Below, piece by piece: positions 19,664 to 30,826 of a stretch of DNA of 64,000 nucleotides (the stretch's first letter is position 1; the number at the start of each line of letters is the position of its first letter). The stretch is taken from positions 96,001 through 160,000 of the forward strand of contig CBDDBZ010000035.1 in assembly GCA_965225945.1 (NCBI GenBank), written 5' to 3'. The translations under genes and the position numbers were made by a program. Under the pieces are notes generated by a model, which made no database searches, was not told where the DNA came from, and saw only the letters and a list, made by a program, of their open reading frames with translations. The stretch is from Alphaproteobacteria bacterium. Lineage in GTDB: Bacteria; Pseudomonadota; Alphaproteobacteria; GCA-2731375.

Positions 19664-21343
19664 ATGGCCTCCTACCAGTACATCTACGTCATGCGCGATC
19701 TGCGCAAGGTGCTCGCCACCGGCAAAGAGGTGCTGGGCAGCATCACGCTGGCCTTCCTGCCCGGCGCCAAGATCGGCGTCCTCGGCCCGAACGGCGCCGG
19801 CAAGTCGACGTTGCTCAGGATCATGGCCGGCCTCGAGACCGAGTTCGCCGGCGAGGCCTTCGCCGCCGAGGGCGTCAAGGTCGGCCACTTGGCGCAGGAG
19901 CCGGAGCTCGACCCTTCCAAGGACGTGCTCGGCAACGTCATGGACGGGGTCGCCGAAGCCCGCGCCCTGGTCGAGACCTTCGACGCGGTGAGCGCGCGCT
20001 TCGCCGAGCCGATGGGGGGCGAGGAAATGAACACCCTGATCGAGGAGCAGGGCCGCCTGCAGGAGGCGATCGACGTCGCCGACGCCTGGAATCTGGAACG
20101 CCATATCGAAATCGCCATGGACGCGCTCCGCTGTCCGCCGGGCGACGCCGACGTCGCCACCCTCTCCGGCGGCGAGCGGCGGCGGGTGGCGCTCTGCCGG
20201 CTGCTGCTCGCGAAGCCCGACCTTCTGCTGCTCGACGAGCCGACCAACCATCTCGACGCCGAATCTGTCGCCTGGCTCGAGCGCCATTTGCACGATTATC
20301 GCGGCACCGTGGTCGCCATTACCCACGACCGCTACTTCCTCGACAACGTCGCCGGCTGGATTCTGGAGCTCGATCGCGGCCGGGGCGTCCCCTACGAGGG
20401 CAACTATTCCGGCTGGCTGGAGCAGAAGGAGCGCCGCCTGATCCAAGAGGGCCGCCAGGAGGAGGCGCGCCAACGCCGCCTGGGCTCGGAGCTGGAATGG
20501 ATCCGCCTCTCGCCCCGGGCCCGCCAGACCAAGAGCCGAGCCCGCATCCGCGCCTATGAGGAGCTACTGCAGGCCGGCCAGGCGCAGGGCCCGGCCCGCG
20601 CGCGAATCTTCATCCCGCCGGGTCCGCGCCTCGGCGATCTGGTGATCGAGGCGGAGGCCCTGTCGAAGGGCCACGGCGATCGGCTGCTGATCGACGGTTT
20701 GAGCTTCAAGCTGCCGCCCGGCGCCATCGTCGGCATCATCGGCCCCAACGGCGTCGGCAAGACGACGCTGCTGCGCATGATCACCGGCGAGGAGACGCCG
20801 GACAGGGGGACGCTACGCCTGGGCGAGACCGTTCAGCTCGGCTACGTCGACCAGAGCCGCGACGACCTGGCGGGCGGGTCAAGCGTCTGGAGCGAGATCT
20901 CGGGTGGCCTCGACGAACTGGAACTCGGCAAGCGCCGCGTGCCGTCGCGCGCCTATTGTAGCTGGTTCGGGTTCCGGGGCGCCGATCAGCAAAAGCCGGT
21001 GAGCCAGCTTTCCGGTGGCGAGCGAAATCGGCTGCACCTCGCCAAGATGCTGAAATCGGGCGCCAACGTGATCCTGCTCGACGAGCCGACCAACGACCTC
21101 GATGTCGATACGCTGCGCGCGCTCGAGGAAGCGCTGCTGGAGTTCGCCGGCTGCGCCCTGCTGGTCAGCCACGACCGCTGGTTCCTGGATCGCATCGCCA
21201 ACCACATCCTCGCCTTCGAGGGCGACAGCCGGGTCGAGTGGTTCGAGGGCAACCATGAGGCCTACGAGGCGGACCGCCGCCGCCGGCTCGGCGAGATGGC
21301 GGCTCGACCCCGGCGCATCAAGTACAAGCCGCTCAGCCGCTGA
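19664..21343 (+). CDS. ettA: Energy-dependent translational throttle ABC-F ATPase
   Basis: MASYQYIYVM, FLPGAKIGVLGPNGAGKS, AMDALRCPP, two NBDs, C-terminal RRIKYKPL. Confidence 0.95.
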   Translation: MASYQYIYVMRDLRKVLATGKEVLGSITLAFLPGAKIGVLGPNGAGKSTLLRIMAGLETEFAGEAFAAEGVKVGHLAQEPELDPSKDVLGNVMDGVAEARALVETFDAVSARFAEPMGGEEMNTLIEEQGRLQEAIDVADAWNLERHIEIAMDALRCPPGDADVATLSGGERRRVALCRLLLAKPDLLLLDEPTNHLDAESVAWLERHLHDYRGTVVAITHDRYFLDNVAGWILELDRGRGVPYEGNYSGWLEQKERRLIQEGRQEEARQRRLGSELEWIRLSPRARQTKSRARIRAYEELLQAGQAQGPARARIFIPPGPRLGDLVIEAEALSKGHGDRLLIDGLSFKLPPGAIVGIIGPNGVGKTTLLRMITGEETPDRGTLRLGETVQLGYVDQSRDDLAGGSSVWSEISGGLDELELGKRRVPSRAYCSWFGFRGADQQKPVSQLSGGERNRLHLAKMLKSGANVILLDEPTNDLDVDTLRALEEALLEFAGCALLVSHDRWFLDRIANHILAFEGDSRVEWFEGNHEAYEADRRRRLGEMAARPRRIKYKPLSR

Positions 21344-21453
21344 AGGAAGAGTCGGGCTCGAAAGTCCACTAGACCTCGGCGCGACGGGCGCGCGGCGGAT
21401 TCCGTGATGAAATGCGCTATAATCGTGGGCGCGCGAGGTTGCGGAGGCATCAG

Positions 21454-23088
21454 GTGGCGAAATTGCCCGACAGCGAGAAAAGCTCGGTCGGCTGGACCGG
21501 CCAGGTGGCCGATCGGCCGAACCTGGGCGTGCCCGTGGTGCTGCTGCTGATGGTCAGCACCGTGATGATGACCGTGCTGACCTTTGCCGGCGCCGCCAGG
21601 CTCGATCGTAACGCCGAGAGCTCGGCCCAGGCGATGGCCCAATCACTGCTGCTGCAGGCCCGTCGTGATCTCGCGCAATCGGCGCTCGACGTCGCCGGCA
21701 CCGGCGAGTTCGCGCACCGGCTCGCCGGTGATGGGCAAGAGGCCTGGCTCGCGAACTACCTGGGCGAACAGCTTCGCCACCCCCTCGGTCTCGACAGCGG
21801 CTGGATCCTGGACGGCGATAATCGCCCCCGGATCGGCTTCATCGGCGATCGACCGGCCGCGGCCGATCCGTTCGACGTGATGCCGTCCGGGCTCGTCGAC
21901 CTGGTCGCGGCGGCGCGACGCGAGCCCTCTCCCGCCACGACGGGGCACCATGGCCTGCTGCTGTTCGATGGCGCGATCCACGTGGTGGCCACGGTGGCGG
22001 TCGATTTGCCGGACACGCCGGGTTGGAAGCGGTCGGTCCTGGTCTTCACCAAGGCCCTCGAGGGGTCCTATCTATCGAAGCTGGAGGCGCTCAATTTCGT
22101 CGACGAGGTTGCCCTTGTCGGCACGCTCCCGGAGCCCCTGCCACCGACACCGCCGTCGGGTCTGTTCGACCCGGAGGGCAGGATTCTCGGCTACCTCAGC
22201 CTAGAAATCGTGCCGCCGGGAACCGATCTCTTAAAGCAGATCTGGCCGGCCGTGGCGAGCGCTTTCGCCTCCATGCTGCTGCTGGTCGGCCTCTTCGTGC
22301 GCCGCGTGGATCGGGCCCGCCAGCAGCGTCGACGGCTCGAGGAATCGCTGGATCGCGAGCGCGATCTGCGCCAGATCAAATCCCGCTTCGTCAACATGGT
22401 CAGCCACGAGATCCGCACGCCGCTGACGACGATCCGGGCGGCCACGGATCTCCTCGAGCGCTACGGCGAGCGGATGGAACGGGGCGAGCGGAGCCGAGAA
22501 TTGGCCGCGATCCAACACGAAATCGACGTCATAACCGTGCTGGTCGAAGACGTGATGGCAATCGGTCGCACCGAGGGCGAGGACTTCAGCCTGCGGCGGC
22601 GGGCGACCGACCCGGCGGAATTCACCAAGCGGATTTGGGAGGAGTTGGCCCGCGCCCACGGGACCACGCGACGGCTCGATCTCGATAGCGCGGAGGTGGG
22701 CGGCGAACTCGATCTCGACCCGACCTTGTTGAGGCCCATCCTCGCCAACCTGCTGGGCAACGCAATCAAGTTCTCGCCCGAGAACCAGCCCATCCATGTT
22801 CGACTGGCGAGCGACGAGAGGGAGCTCACACTCTCCGTCCGCGACCACGGGATCGGTATCCCCGCCGACCAGATGGAGGCGGTCTTCACGCCTTTTCATC
22901 GCGCCGACAACGTGGGCGCCGTTTCCGGCAGCGGCCTGGGGTTGACCATAACCAAGCAGGCGGTGGAACGTCACGGCGGGGTCTTGAAGATAGAGAGCAC
23001 CGTCGGCGAGGGGACGCGGGTGTTCGTGCGCCTGCCGCTGGTGGTGGACGGCGAGGACGCGACCGGGAGCGAGGCGGAGGTGGCCTGA
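21454..23088 (+). CDS. Membrane sensor histidine kinase (CHASE4-like periplasmic domain)
   Basis: Two TM segments, H-box VSHEIRTPL, N-box NLLGNAIKFS, G boxes DHGIGIP and GSGLGL. GTG at 21454 follows GGAGG. Confidence 0.9.
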   Translation: MAKLPDSEKSSVGWTGQVADRPNLGVPVVLLLMVSTVMMTVLTFAGAARLDRNAESSAQAMAQSLLLQARRDLAQSALDVAGTGEFAHRLAGDGQEAWLANYLGEQLRHPLGLDSGWILDGDNRPRIGFIGDRPAAADPFDVMPSGLVDLVAAARREPSPATTGHHGLLLFDGAIHVVATVAVDLPDTPGWKRSVLVFTKALEGSYLSKLEALNFVDEVALVGTLPEPLPPTPPSGLFDPEGRILGYLSLEIVPPGTDLLKQIWPAVASAFASMLLLVGLFVRRVDRARQQRRRLEESLDRERDLRQIKSRFVNMVSHEIRTPLTTIRAATDLLERYGERMERGERSRELAAIQHEIDVITVLVEDVMAIGRTEGEDFSLRRRATDPAEFTKRIWEELARAHGTTRRLDLDSAEVGGELDLDPTLLRPILANLLGNAIKFSPENQPIHVRLASDERELTLSVRDHGIGIPADQMEAVFTPFHRADNVGAVSGSGLGLTITKQAVERHGGVLKIESTVGEGTRVFVRLPLVVDGEDATGSEAEVA

Positions 23089-23091
23089 ATC

Positions 23092-23505
<414 letters not shown>

Positions 23506-23682
23506 GGCTTCGGCGCCTCGACCCAGGGGCGTTACACCAACCGCCATGAATGGCGGCCGGGACTTACGTCGATTGGCACGACAACACTCGTTGCAACGGC
23601 TCGTCCCAGTCGATAAAGAAAGCCACGCCGGGGGGCGATAACCGAGCGCCGTCGGGCCGGACACAAGCGAAGGGGGGGACGG

Positions 23683-25323
23683 ATGCGCGGATTGATGCAG
23701 GACCGGCCGCTTCTGATCTCGTCGCTGATCGACTATGCGGCCGAATACCACGGCGCAACCGAGATCGTCTCGAGGACGGTCGAGGGTCCGATTCATCGCC
23801 ATGACTATGGCGCGGCGCGGCGCCGCGCCATGCGGCTCGCGAACGCGTTGCAGGCCCTCGGCGTCGGCCAGGGTGATCGGATCGGCACGCTCGCCTGGAA
23901 CGGCTACCGCCACTTCGAGCTCTATTACGCCGTCTCCGGCATGGGCGCGGTGCTGCACACCATCAACCCGCGGCTCTTCGCGGAGCAGATTGTCTACATC
24001 GCCAATCATGCGGAGGACCGCTACATCTTTGCCGACCTCACCTTCGTGGCGCTGCTGGAGCAACTGGCGCCCGAGCTCGAAGGGGTCGCCGGCATCGTCG
24101 TGATGACCGACGAGGCGCATATGCCGGAAACGAACCTCGCGAACGTCCACTGTTACGAGACCCTGCTCGCCGGCGGCGCGGAAAGCTTCGATTGGCCGGC
24201 GTTGGACGAGAACGCCGCCTCCTCGCTCTGCTACACCTCGGGCACGACGGGAAACCCCAAGGGCGTGCTCTACAGCCATCGCTCGACCGTGCTGCACACC
24301 TATGCCGCCTGCATGCGCGACGTCATCGGGCTGGGCGCCGACGACGTGGTGATGCCGGTGGTGCCGATGTTCCACGCCAATTCCTGGGGCATCGCCTACG
24401 CCGCGCCGATGTCGGGCGCCAAGCTGGTGCTGCCGGGGCCCAGGATGGATGGCGCCAGCATTCACGAGCTGATGCGGGGGGAACGGGTCACCGTCTCCGC
24501 CGGCGTGCCGACGGTCTGGCTGATGTTGCTGCAATATTTGCGCGAGAGCGGCGAGAGCTTGCGCGATTTCAAGCGCTGCGTGATCGGCGGCTCGGCGGCG
24601 CCGCGCTCGATGATCGAGGCCTTCGAGACCGAGTACGACACCACCGTGCTGCATGCCTGGGGGATGACCGAGATGAGCCCCTTGGGCGTCGTCGGCACGA
24701 TGACGCCGGAGTTACTGCAACTGCCCTACGAACGCCAGCTCGACTACAAGGAAAAACAGGGTCGCGGCGTCTACGGCGTCGAGATGAAGATTATCGACGA
24801 CGACGGCAACGAGCTGCCACGCGACGGCGAGGCCTTCGGCCATCTGATGGCACGCGGGCCCTGGATCGCCAAGAGCTACTTCAAGGGCGAGGGTGGCGAG
24901 ATCCTGGACGGCGAGGATTGGTTCGATACCGGTGACGTCGCCACGCTCGACCCGTTGGGCTTCATGCACATCACCGACCGGGCCAAGGACGTCATCAAAT
25001 CGGGCGGCGAGTGGATCAGCTCGATCGACCTGGAGAACCTGGCGGTCGGCCATCCGGGCGTCGCCGAGGCGGCGGTGATCGGCGTGCCGCACCCGAAATG
25101 GGCCGAGCGGCCGCTGCTGATCGTGGTCCGCGCCGCTGGAGCCGAGCTCGGGGCCGCCGACCTGCTGAGGTACATGGACGGCAGAATCGCCAAGTGGTGG
25201 ATGCCGGACGACGTCGTCTTCGTCGAGGAGATCCCGCATACCGCGACCGGCAAGATCCAGAAGGTGCGCCTGCGCGAGCAATTCAAGGACCACCGGCTGC
25301 CGACCGTCGACGCGGCGCAATAG
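23683..25323 (+). CDS. Fatty acid-CoA ligase (AlkK/DmdB-like)
   Basis: [67 protein letters not shown]. Confidence 0.92.
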   Translation: MRGLMQDRPLLISSLIDYAAEYHGATEIVSRTVEGPIHRHDYGAARRRAMRLANALQALGVGQGDRIGTLAWNGYRHFELYYAVSGMGAVLHTINPRLFAEQIVYIANHAEDRYIFADLTFVALLEQLAPELEGVAGIVVMTDEAHMPETNLANVHCYETLLAGGAESFDWPALDENAASSLCYTSGTTGNPKGVLYSHRSTVLHTYAACMRDVIGLGADDVVMPVVPMFHANSWGIAYAAPMSGAKLVLPGPRMDGASIHELMRGERVTVSAGVPTVWLMLLQYLRESGESLRDFKRCVIGGSAAPRSMIEAFETEYDTTVLHAWGMTEMSPLGVVGTMTPELLQLPYERQLDYKEKQGRGVYGVEMKIIDDDGNELPRDGEAFGHLMARGPWIAKSYFKGEGGEILDGEDWFDTGDVATLDPLGFMHITDRAKDVIKSGGEWISSIDLENLAVGHPGVAEAAVIGVPHPKWAERPLLIVVRAAGAELGAADLLRYMDGRIAKWWMPDDVVFVEEIPHTATGKIQKVRLREQFKDHRLPTVDAAQ

Positions 25324-25655
25324 CCGCCGTCGACGGTTGGTCTGTGGCCGGTGGGCATCTCGGCGCGGGAAAGTCTGAAATGCCGCTAAAATTTTCGCAA
25401 AATTCGACGCGATTGCCGACCGGTGCCAGTGACGGCGGTCATTGTCGAAAGGGCGAGGGAACCCCAGATTGAAGGGAGGCCGCGCGGGCGTCGCGCCCCG
25501 GGCGAGAGATCAAGGGCGAGGAGGCTTGGAATTGTCCGACAAAGCCCGACGTCGAGAGTTCGCGAGGCCGGAAAACTTTCCGTTTCGCCACCACCATGGT
25601 GCTATCCGGCGGGGCGTCGAGGAGGGCTTGAGGGACGATTCACGAGGATTGAGAA

Positions 25656-27248
25656 ATGACCGATAGTTCGAAGCGCCGCCGGGGGGCGGAGACCCGTGCA
25701 CCGGGAGGCGGCCACCCCCGTGGAAAATTCATGGCCGACATGCGCCGCTTCGCCCGCGATCGCGGCGGTGCGGGCGCGATCATGTTCGCCTTCGCGCTGC
25801 CGATCATGATCCTCTTCACCGCCCTCGCGGCCGAGGTGGGCGTGTGGTATGTCGAGAAGCGTCGACTCCAGGAGGCCGCCGACTCGGGCGCGCTGATGGG
25901 CGCCTTCGAGGTCAGAAGCGACAGCACCCTCACCGAGGCAGGTCTGCAGACGCCGGTGGAAAATGCCGTCGAGAACAGCTATTCGCGGATCGACACCGAA
26001 GGCAGTATGAGCGAAGTCACGGTCAACTTCCCGCCACACCAGGGCAGCTTCACGGCTGATGTGGCGGCGGTCGAAGTGATCATCGACCGCGACCATCCAA
26101 CCTTTTTCCTGCAGCTTATCGGCCGGACGTCGATCCCGATGAACGCCCGCGCGGTGGCGACGCAAAACCCCTACGGAGGTATCGCCGACGCCTGTATCCT
26201 GGCCCTCGGTACTGGCGCCTGCCCGGCGATCAACATCGCCGGTAACTCGAATGTCCAATTGACGGATTGTGCGATACATTCAAACGGGCCGTGCGACCCG
26301 GCGGTGGATTTAGACGGTACCGTCACCATTGTTGCGGATTGCATCACAGCGAGCACCAGCCTGCATAGCGACGTGACGGACGCTTACGTAGGCGACATTG
26401 CCGACTACGATGGATCCACCTCCGGCATCTACATGGACTGCGGCAATTATCCCCCGCCCATGGGCCCAATTACCGATCCGTTCGTAGGTTTGACGTATAA
26501 CGATCCAGTCGGCATGTGCGACCCCACCTTCGCCTACCTGGAAGAAAAGCATTGGCTGATCAACTTCGCCGAAATGCTCAACCCGATTCCGGCGGCACGC
26601 GCCGGCAACCACGGCGGCGGCGGTGGCGGCTTGGCGACCGAGATCGGCCCCGGCTTCTACTGCGGCGGCGTGATCAACGCCGATTTCGATCTGCTTCCGG
26701 GCGTCTACTACTTCAGCGGCAATACCACCTTTCACGGCACTATCGCCAGCAAGGCGGACGCCAACGGCGTCGAAGGCGTCGTCATAATCATGGTCGACCC
26801 GAACGATTCCACCGCAAGGTTCGATTTAAGTATCAATGGCGACGCCGCGACGCCGCTGAAGGCGCCGACCCTCACCGACATCCAGAATGACCTCATGAAC
26901 GGCACGAACTACTACGCCGCGCTCGCTGGCGAACAAAGCACCAGGACGGGCAGGGAGGCCTGGGCCGGGATGCTCTATTACGCCGCCAATCCGGCCAGCA
27001 ATTCCTGCACCACGTTCAACGGAAACTCCGAGCTCGCCTTTCAGGGCGCCGTATACCAACCCGAGGGCTGCATGAAGTTCGCCGGCACGACCGACGCCAG
27101 CGGCAGTTCGTGCCTGTTCTTGGTAGGGGAAGAGATCAGAATTAGCGGCACCGCGGGCTTGGACGTCACTGGCTGCGGCACGCAATTCGGCCTCGGAGGC
27201 GGCAGCTTCGGCGCTTCGGGCGTACAGTCGGTCGGACTGGTCGAATAG
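25656..27248 (+). CDS. tadG: TadG-like Flp/Tad pilus minor pilin / tip protein
   Basis: RFARDRGGAGAIMFAF pilin-like N-terminus, LQEAADSGALMGA, PTFFLQLIG, ARAVA, ACILAL, C-terminal GLVE. Confidence 0.8.
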   Translation: MTDSSKRRRGAETRAPGGGHPRGKFMADMRRFARDRGGAGAIMFAFALPIMILFTALAAEVGVWYVEKRRLQEAADSGALMGAFEVRSDSTLTEAGLQTPVENAVENSYSRIDTEGSMSEVTVNFPPHQGSFTADVAAVEVIIDRDHPTFFLQLIGRTSIPMNARAVATQNPYGGIADACILALGTGACPAINIAGNSNVQLTDCAIHSNGPCDPAVDLDGTVTIVADCITASTSLHSDVTDAYVGDIADYDGSTSGIYMDCGNYPPPMGPITDPFVGLTYNDPVGMCDPTFAYLEEKHWLINFAEMLNPIPAARAGNHGGGGGGLATEIGPGFYCGGVINADFDLLPGVYYFSGNTTFHGTIASKADANGVEGVVIIMVDPNDSTARFDLSINGDAATPLKAPTLTDIQNDLMNGTNYYAALAGEQSTRTGREAWAGMLYYAANPASNSCTTFNGNSELAFQGAVYQPEGCMKFAGTTDASGSSCLFLVGEEIRISGTAGLDVTGCGTQFGLGGGSFGASGVQSVGLVE

Positions 27249-27249
27249 G

Positions 27250-27771
27250 ATGGTGGCAATGCGGAACGGGGACAGGACGAAGAGGCGGCCCGGATTGCTC
27301 GCCAGGTTGCTTGCCGATCATCGAGGCTCCATCGCGGTCGAGGGCGCCTTCGTCGTAATTGCGCTGATGGCCTTGATGATGCCGTTGGTCGACTTCTCCC
27401 GCTATGTCTCGACGCAGGTGGAGTTGAAACAGGCGCTCAGGGCCGGTGCCCAATACGCTCTCTACGACAGCAAAGCCACGGCCTCCGGCAACAACGGCCC
27501 CATCGAACAGGCGATCATCGCCGCAACCAACGTGACGATTACGGCCTCCGACATCACCATCGATCCCTTGAGCTGCGAGTGCACCGACGGAACCGCCACG
27601 GTTTGCGTCGGCGAGGCGAGCTATACCGGCTGTGGTACCGGTGGCCTGATCGCGCCGGCGCATTTCATGACGATCACCGTCTCGGTCACCTTCGATCCGT
27701 TCTTCCCGCATCTACCCTGGTTCTCGGAAAATATGACGTTGAGTGAAAAATTGACCATGCGGGTCAGGTGA
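27250..27771 (+). CDS. tadE: TadE/TadG-family pseudopilin
   Basis: DHRGSIAVEGAF prepilin-like site, hydrophobic helix, ALRAGAQYA, CECTDG. Confidence 0.8.
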   Translation: MVAMRNGDRTKRRPGLLARLLADHRGSIAVEGAFVVIALMALMMPLVDFSRYVSTQVELKQALRAGAQYALYDSKATASGNNGPIEQAIIAATNVTITASDITIDPLSCECTDGTATVCVGEASYTGCGTGGLIAPAHFMTITVSVTFDPFFPHLPWFSENMTLSEKLTMRVR

Positions 27772-27772
27772 G

Positions 27773-28366
27773 GTGTGGACAATGCGACTCCTCGAGATGA
27801 AAAGAGACGCGGACGGCAACGGGACCGCGAGGCGGCGGGGCATCCGCCTGGCCGTTCGCCGTATGATCCGTTCCGAGGTCGGTGCGGCGGCCATCGAGTT
27901 CGCCTTCATCGGGCCGATCATCATCCTCATGCTGATCGCGGTCATCGAGTTCGGCCGGATGTTCTATACCCAGGCGAATCTGCAATATACGGCGGACGAG
28001 GCCGGCCGGGCGGTCATGGCCCATTTCACCCGCGAATACTTCATCGAATCCGATTCCGGCAATTGCTACGCCAAGGCGGGCGAGGTGCCGACGGACCAAG
28101 AGTTCACCGATCTGACCACCTGCGTCAAGGCGGAAATAACCAACTACATCTCCCAGAACGTCGTCGGTTACGACGAAGGCGACATTGTGCCCGACGTGAC
28201 CCACGTTTTGCCGAGTTCCACCGGCGGCAACAGCGTTCCGGGATTCGTCCGGATCCGCTTGAACTACAGCTACAACTTCATAATTCCCGTACCCTACTTC
28301 GGCTGGACCGGCGGCATGCCGCTGCACGCGGAGACGCGCGTGCCCTTGATCTGGTGCCGGAGCTGA
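27773..28366 (+). CDS. tadE: TadE-family pseudopilin
   Basis: GAAAIEFAFIGPIIILMLIAVIEFGR motif. Start could be 27773, 27782 or 27797. Confidence 0.85.
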   Translation: MWTMRLLEMKRDADGNGTARRRGIRLAVRRMIRSEVGAAAIEFAFIGPIIILMLIAVIEFGRMFYTQANLQYTADEAGRAVMAHFTREYFIESDSGNCYAKAGEVPTDQEFTDLTTCVKAEITNYISQNVVGYDEGDIVPDVTHVLPSSTGGNSVPGFVRIRLNYSYNFIIPVPYFGWTGGMPLHAETRVPLIWCRS

Positions 28367-28809
28367 CGATCGGTACCCTGGCCCGATCCCCCGCCGCGGC
28401 GTTCCCGACGCTCGGACCCGGTTTGAAGGCTCCCTGACATGACCGGCGACGTCGAAGGCACGCGAGGAAGCCTTCCGCCGAGCTGTACCGACATGCGGAT
28501 CAACGCGGTCGGAATCCTCAACTTCCCTTGAACCCTGCCACCGTCGTTGTGCATGTGGAGATGTGGGCAAGTCACGGAACCAATTGTTCCATCACACCCA
28601 CGGGCCTGTTGCCTCGCTAGACCTCCGCCGGCGGGCGGTGACCCGTTCGCCTTCGTCGCTCACTCGGGGCGATTCTCAGGGGAATCGGAAGAAGTTAGGC
28701 TCTCGTGCCCGGGCGGAATTGCGACCGGCCGACCGCGCGCGGTCGACGCATGGCGGGGCACGGCAACGGGCGCACGACGACGGGATGGGCGTTCGGGCTC
28801 GGAGGCGTT

Positions 28810-29034
28810 ATGATGACGCCCATGATCCTGGCCTGGAGACGACTGGCGCTGATCGCCGCCCGCAAGCTCGCCGAGAACCCCGACGCGCGGGCCAAGGCGG
28901 CGGACCTCGCCCGCAAGGCGAGGCGCGAGGTCGGCCGCATCGTCGACAGCGACGATCCGGCCCATGCCGCCGGCCGCGCGGTCCGCCGCGCCCGCGACGA
29001 TCTGCGCCGCCGCTTGCGTGCGCGCGACCCGTAG
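28810..29034 (+). CDS. Small basic hypothetical protein
   Basis: SD GGAGG immediately upstream; 74-aa helical ORF (MMTPMILAWRRLALIAARKLAENPDARAKA...). Confidence 0.6.
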   Translation: MMTPMILAWRRLALIAARKLAENPDARAKAADLARKARREVGRIVDSDDPAHAAGRAVRRARDDLRRRLRARDP

Positions 29035-29094
29035 CGCCATAACCCGACTTCGGCGCCGCCGGACCCTGTGGCGCACCCTGGGGAGGACGAGCTG

Positions 29095-29910
29095 ATGGCG
29101 GTGGTCGAGACGGAAATCCACGGACAGATCATGATCGTGCGGATGAATCGGCCGGAGCGGCTGAACGCGCTCGGCGGCGAGATGCGCAATCTGCTGGCGG
29201 AGGCCTGGATCGATTTCCGCGAACGCGACGACTTGGAGGTCGCGATCCTCACCGGCACCGGCCGTGCCTTCTGCGCCGGCGAGGATATGAAGGAATCGCT
29301 CGCCGACGGCGCGCCGGGCGGCCGCCAGGCGGCGCGGGAGGATCCCTTCATGACCGGCGCCCTGGAGAAGCCGGTGATCGCGGCGGTGAACGGCTATGCC
29401 ATGGGCGGCGGCTTCATGCTGGTGGAGCGCACCGACCTCCGCGTCGCCCAGCGCGAGGCGATCTTCGAGGTCTCGGAGGCGAAGCGCTGGCTCTTGGGCG
29501 GCTACAACCACGGCCATATCGCGGCGCTGCCCTATCCGATCGCGATGGAGATGGCGCTCGGCTACCGTTTTACCGCCGAGCGGTTCCACCAGATCGGCTT
29601 CGTCAACCGTCTGGTCGAGGCGGACGCGCTGATCCCGACGGCGATCGAGATGGCGGAACATCTCTTGACGCTGCCCCCCGCCTCCCGGGTCAACACGGTG
29701 GCGATGATGCGCGAGATGCGCCCGCGCGTGGCGCCGGAATTGGAGCGGCTCGGCACCGCGCTGCACGAGCACGGCGCCAGAAGCGATTTGATGGAATCCC
29801 GCGCCGCCTTCGCCGAGAAGCGCCCGCCCGTCTTCAAGGGCTGGGACGACCCCGAGGACCGCCACAATCCCCCGACACTGGCCCCCGACACTGGAAAATC
29901 GACCGGGTAA
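29095..29910 (+). CDS. Enoyl-CoA hydratase/isomerase family
   Basis: MNRPERLNAL, LTGTGRAFCAGED, KPVIAAVNGYAMGGG, AFAEKRPPVF. Confidence 0.9.
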   Translation: MAVVETEIHGQIMIVRMNRPERLNALGGEMRNLLAEAWIDFRERDDLEVAILTGTGRAFCAGEDMKESLADGAPGGRQAAREDPFMTGALEKPVIAAVNGYAMGGGFMLVERTDLRVAQREAIFEVSEAKRWLLGGYNHGHIAALPYPIAMEMALGYRFTAERFHQIGFVNRLVEADALIPTAIEMAEHLLTLPPASRVNTVAMMREMRPRVAPELERLGTALHEHGARSDLMESRAAFAEKRPPVFKGWDDPEDRHNPPTLAPDTGKSTG

Positions 29911-29940
29911 AAGCCCCTCGGTAACGCCGGCGCGTCGCGT

Positions 29941-30807
29941 TCAGATCCCGAAGATGGAGGCGAGGCCGGCGCGTTCGGCGTGCGCGCCCATCAGGGTCGC
30001 GCCGGGCGCTTCGATCTCCTCGCCCGCCGCCCGCAACACCAGCGGCAACAGCGCGACGTCGCCGACCGAATTCAGGAACAGCCCGGGTTGCGCCAGCAGC
30101 CAATGTACCGCCTCGCGGATGTCGTCGGGCTCTTCCAGTGGCTGGTACCAAGTGGCCCGGTCGCGCGTCTGACCGGCGGCCCAGGGGCCCCGCGCGATGC
30201 CCTTGATGGTCTGCACTGCGAGGTTCCGCTCTTGGGCGATCGCCCGCACCGCCGCGAAATCACGGGCATAGGCCTCATGCGCGGCGCAGAACCAGTTCCA
30301 CGGCAGCAGCACCGAATCGAAGTCGAAGCGGTCCAGGCTACGGCGATGCATCGCGGCGACGTTCCAGCCGTGGCCGGTGACGCCGATGAAGCGGACGAGG
30401 CCTTCCTCGCGGGCCTCGATGGCCGCCGCCAGCGCGCCACCGGGACCCATTGCGCGGGCCCAATCGTCGGGGTGGGTCAGGGCGTGGAGCTGCAGCAGAT
30501 CGACCCGGTCGGTCCTCAGCCGCTCCAGCGAGCGATGGAGCTCCGCCTTGGCACTCCCGTGGTCGCGGAGACGAGTCTTGGTGGCGAGGAAGAAGTCGTC
30601 CCGGTGGCGCTCCATCCAAGGCCCGATGCGGAGCTCGCTCTCGCCGTAGCTGGGCGCCGTGTCGATATGGTTGATCTCGTGCGCCAACAGCAGCTCGAGG
30701 GTGCGGTCCGCGGTCGCCTGATCGACGTCCTTGAGCGCGGCGGCGCCGAAGATCACCGCCGTGCTCTGGTGACCGGTGCGCCCGAAGGGCCGTTTCTCGA
30801 TCGCCAT
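29941..30807 (-). CDS. Aldo/keto reductase
   Basis: [48 protein letters not shown]. Confidence 0.9.
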   Translation of the reverse strand: MAIEKRPFGRTGHQSTAVIFGAAALKDVDQATADRTLELLLAHEINHIDTAPSYGESELRIGPWMERHRDDFFLATKTRLRDHGSAKAELHRSLERLRTDRVDLLQLHALTHPDDWARAMGPGGALAAAIEAREEGLVRFIGVTGHGWNVAAMHRRSLDRFDFDSVLLPWNWFCAAHEAYARDFAAVRAIAQERNLAVQTIKGIARGPWAAGQTRDRATWYQPLEEPDDIREAVHWLLAQPGLFLNSVGDVALLPLVLRAAGEEIEAPGATLMGAHAERAGLASIFGI

Positions 30808-30826
30808 TCGCGCTGTCTTCCGCCTC

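Noticed and set aside
23573-23597. Sigma54 promoter TGGCAC...TTGC upstream of the acyl-CoA ligase
   Set aside because: The spacing between the GG and GC elements is wrong for -24/-12.
25380-25410. CtrA box upstream of the tad cassette
   Set aside because: Only CTAA-N7-GCAA, which has too many mismatches.
28562-28601. Hairpin GTGGG...GGAAC-CAATT-GTTCC...CCCAC as an ncRNA or terminator
   Set aside because: Imperfect stem, no U-tract and no recognisable family.
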